Shown here in pieces: positions 62,678 to 64,000 of a stretch of DNA of 64,000 nucleotides. The notes under the pieces are model-generated. The model was not told where the DNA came from and did no database searches. It worked only from the letters and a program-made list of their open reading frames with translations. Every line of letters begins with the position of its first letter. The stretch's first letter is position 1. A program made the position numbers and the translations under genes. Source of the DNA: a bacterium (GTDB taxonomy: Bacteria > UBA8248); contig CBDBBI010000010.1 in the NCBI GenBank assembly GCA_965202625.1, positions 576,001-640,000 of the forward strand, in the 5' to 3' direction.

Positions 62678-64000
62678 ATGAAATCGACACGCCAAAGAGC
62701 GCTGAAAAAAGAGGCGCGCGCCATATTCAGGGCCGGACTCGGTGCCGTTCATGCTGGGGAAGCCGTTTATCAATATGTGAAAACCGAAAAGAAACATGGT
62801 GAAGAAATTCTGGTTTGCGGCGGACAAAAAATATCTTTGGAGGAAAAAAAGCGAATCATCGTTCTGGGAGCGGGCAAAGCGAGTTCTCAGATGGCGCGCG
62901 CGCTTGAGCGGCGTCTCGGAAATCGAATTGATGGCGGCGCTGTCGTCACCCAATATGGCTACGCGGAAAAATGTAAGCGCCTTGAAATCTTAGAAGCCGC
63001 GCACCCTGTTCCCGACAGCTCTGGAGTAGAGGCTTCCAAGAAAATAGAAAAGTGGGCTGCTCGCGCCCGGAAAGAAGATTTAGTGATGCTCTTGCTCTCC
63101 GGCGGAGGCTCCGCTCTGATGACCGCACCCGCGTCCGGAATTTCTCTTGAAGACAAACAATACGTCACGGCCTCGCTGCTCCAAGCGGGTGCTCCCATAG
63201 AAGCTCTTAATTGTGTGCGAAAGCATTTGTCCGCTTTGAAGGGTGGGAATTTGGCCCGAACAGTCTTTCCTGCGCGCATTCTCGTTCTTCTCATCTCCGA
63301 CGTGATTGGCGATCCTCTCAATGTCATTGCTTCGGGCCCTGCCATAGGGGATTCGTCCACCTTTGCCCAAGCGAAAGCGTATTTACAGCGCTACGACGTG
63401 TTTCGCAGAATGCCGGCATCCATCAAAAAAAGGCTCAAGGCTGGTTGCCGCCACACTATTCCAGACACTCCTGCTCCCGGCAACAAGATATTCAGCCGTG
63501 TAAGCCACCATATCGTGGCAAACAATAAAATTGCCCTTGAGGCGGCGCGTCGAAAGGCGCAATCAGTGGGCTATCGCGTTCAAATACAAACCCATTCATT
63601 GAGCGGCGAAGCCAGTAAGGTAGGAAAATCGCTAGCCGAATACGCGAAGAAGATTGCGCGCGATTCTCGTAAAAAAAAGCCACCGAAATGCCTGTTATAC
63701 GGCGGCGAAACGACGGTGAGGGTGCTAGGAGATGGGTTAGGAGGCAGGTGCCAGGAACTTGCGCTTTCATTTGCCATTCAGATTAGAGGTCACGAGAACA
63801 TCTGCTTGCTTGCGGCGGGGACCGATGGGAAGGACGGTCCTACAGAAGCCGCAGGCGCGATTGTCGATGGAATGACGGTTGAGACCGCCCAAAATCAAGA
63901 GATTGACCCGGATACCTATTTACGAGATAATAATAGTCATAGTTTTTTCCAGCCCCGAGGCGCATGTATGATTACTGGACCTACAGGCACTAACGTGATG
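62678..64000 (+). CDS. Glycerate kinase type 2 (DUF4147/MOFRL), runs off the window end; absent from the ORF track
   Basis: Read manually: MKSTRQ...LGAGKAS, AAHPVP, LSGGGSAL, SDVIGD, ASGP, GGETTV, GGRCQE, GTDGKDG, TGPTGTNVM. Confidence 0.93.
   Translation, partial: MKSTRQRALKKEARAIFRAGLGAVHAGEAVYQYVKTEKKHGEEILVCGGQKISLEEKKRIIVLGAGKASSQMARALERRLGNRIDGGAVVTQYGYAEKCKRLEILEAAHPVPDSSGVEASKKIEKWAARARKEDLVMLLLSGGGSALMTAPASGISLEDKQYVTASLLQAGAPIEALNCVRKHLSALKGGNLARTVFPARILVLLISDVIGDPLNVIASGPAIGDSSTFAQAKAYLQRYDVFRRMPASIKKRLKAGCRHTIPDTPAPGNKIFSRVSHHIVANNKIALEAARRKAQSVGYRVQIQTHSLSGEASKVGKSLAEYAKKIARDSRKKKPPKCLLYGGETTVRVLGDGLGGRCQELALSFAIQIRGHENICLLAAGTDGKDGPTEAAGAIVDGMTVETAQNQEIDPDTYLRDNNSHSFFQPRGACMITGPTGTNVM

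Overview
Bacterial (Gram-negative, roughly 55-58% GC by eye) chromosomal window with Deltaproteobacteria/Nitrospinota-like gene order; the taxonomy is an inference from synteny only. Positions 1-32.6 kb are an uninterrupted run of + strand housekeeping genes: NtrY-like kinase, receiver-LpxC fusion, purMN, lolA, rseP, ispG, proS, tRNA-Met, tilS, ftsH, pdxJ, nnr, tsaE, lptCAB, rpoN, hprK/PTS, metK, ahcY, amidase, der, EF-G paralogue, MerR-like and TPR genes. A near-consensus XerCD dif site lies at 33159-33186. Gene orientation and GGGNAGGG (KOPS-like) motifs switch strand there, so this is probably the replication terminus. Next to dif (about 32610-33158) is a compositionally alien, strand-skewed 550-bp tract. 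It holds two diverged copies of a ~250-330-nt unit with ssDNA-phage-like codon usage, small peptide ORFs and a second, degenerate dif-like site, making it a candidate minimal or relic Xer-integrating element. The right half is a mixed-strand accessory/metabolic region with several broken genes, three tRNAs, surE-pcm, nlpD-apt, metY and a Gld-type ABC operon preceded by a CIRCE-like operator. The most notable items are the dif-associated micro-element and the response-regulator receiver fused to LpxC directly behind its histidine kinase. All calls rest on motif recognition by eye; no database searches were run.
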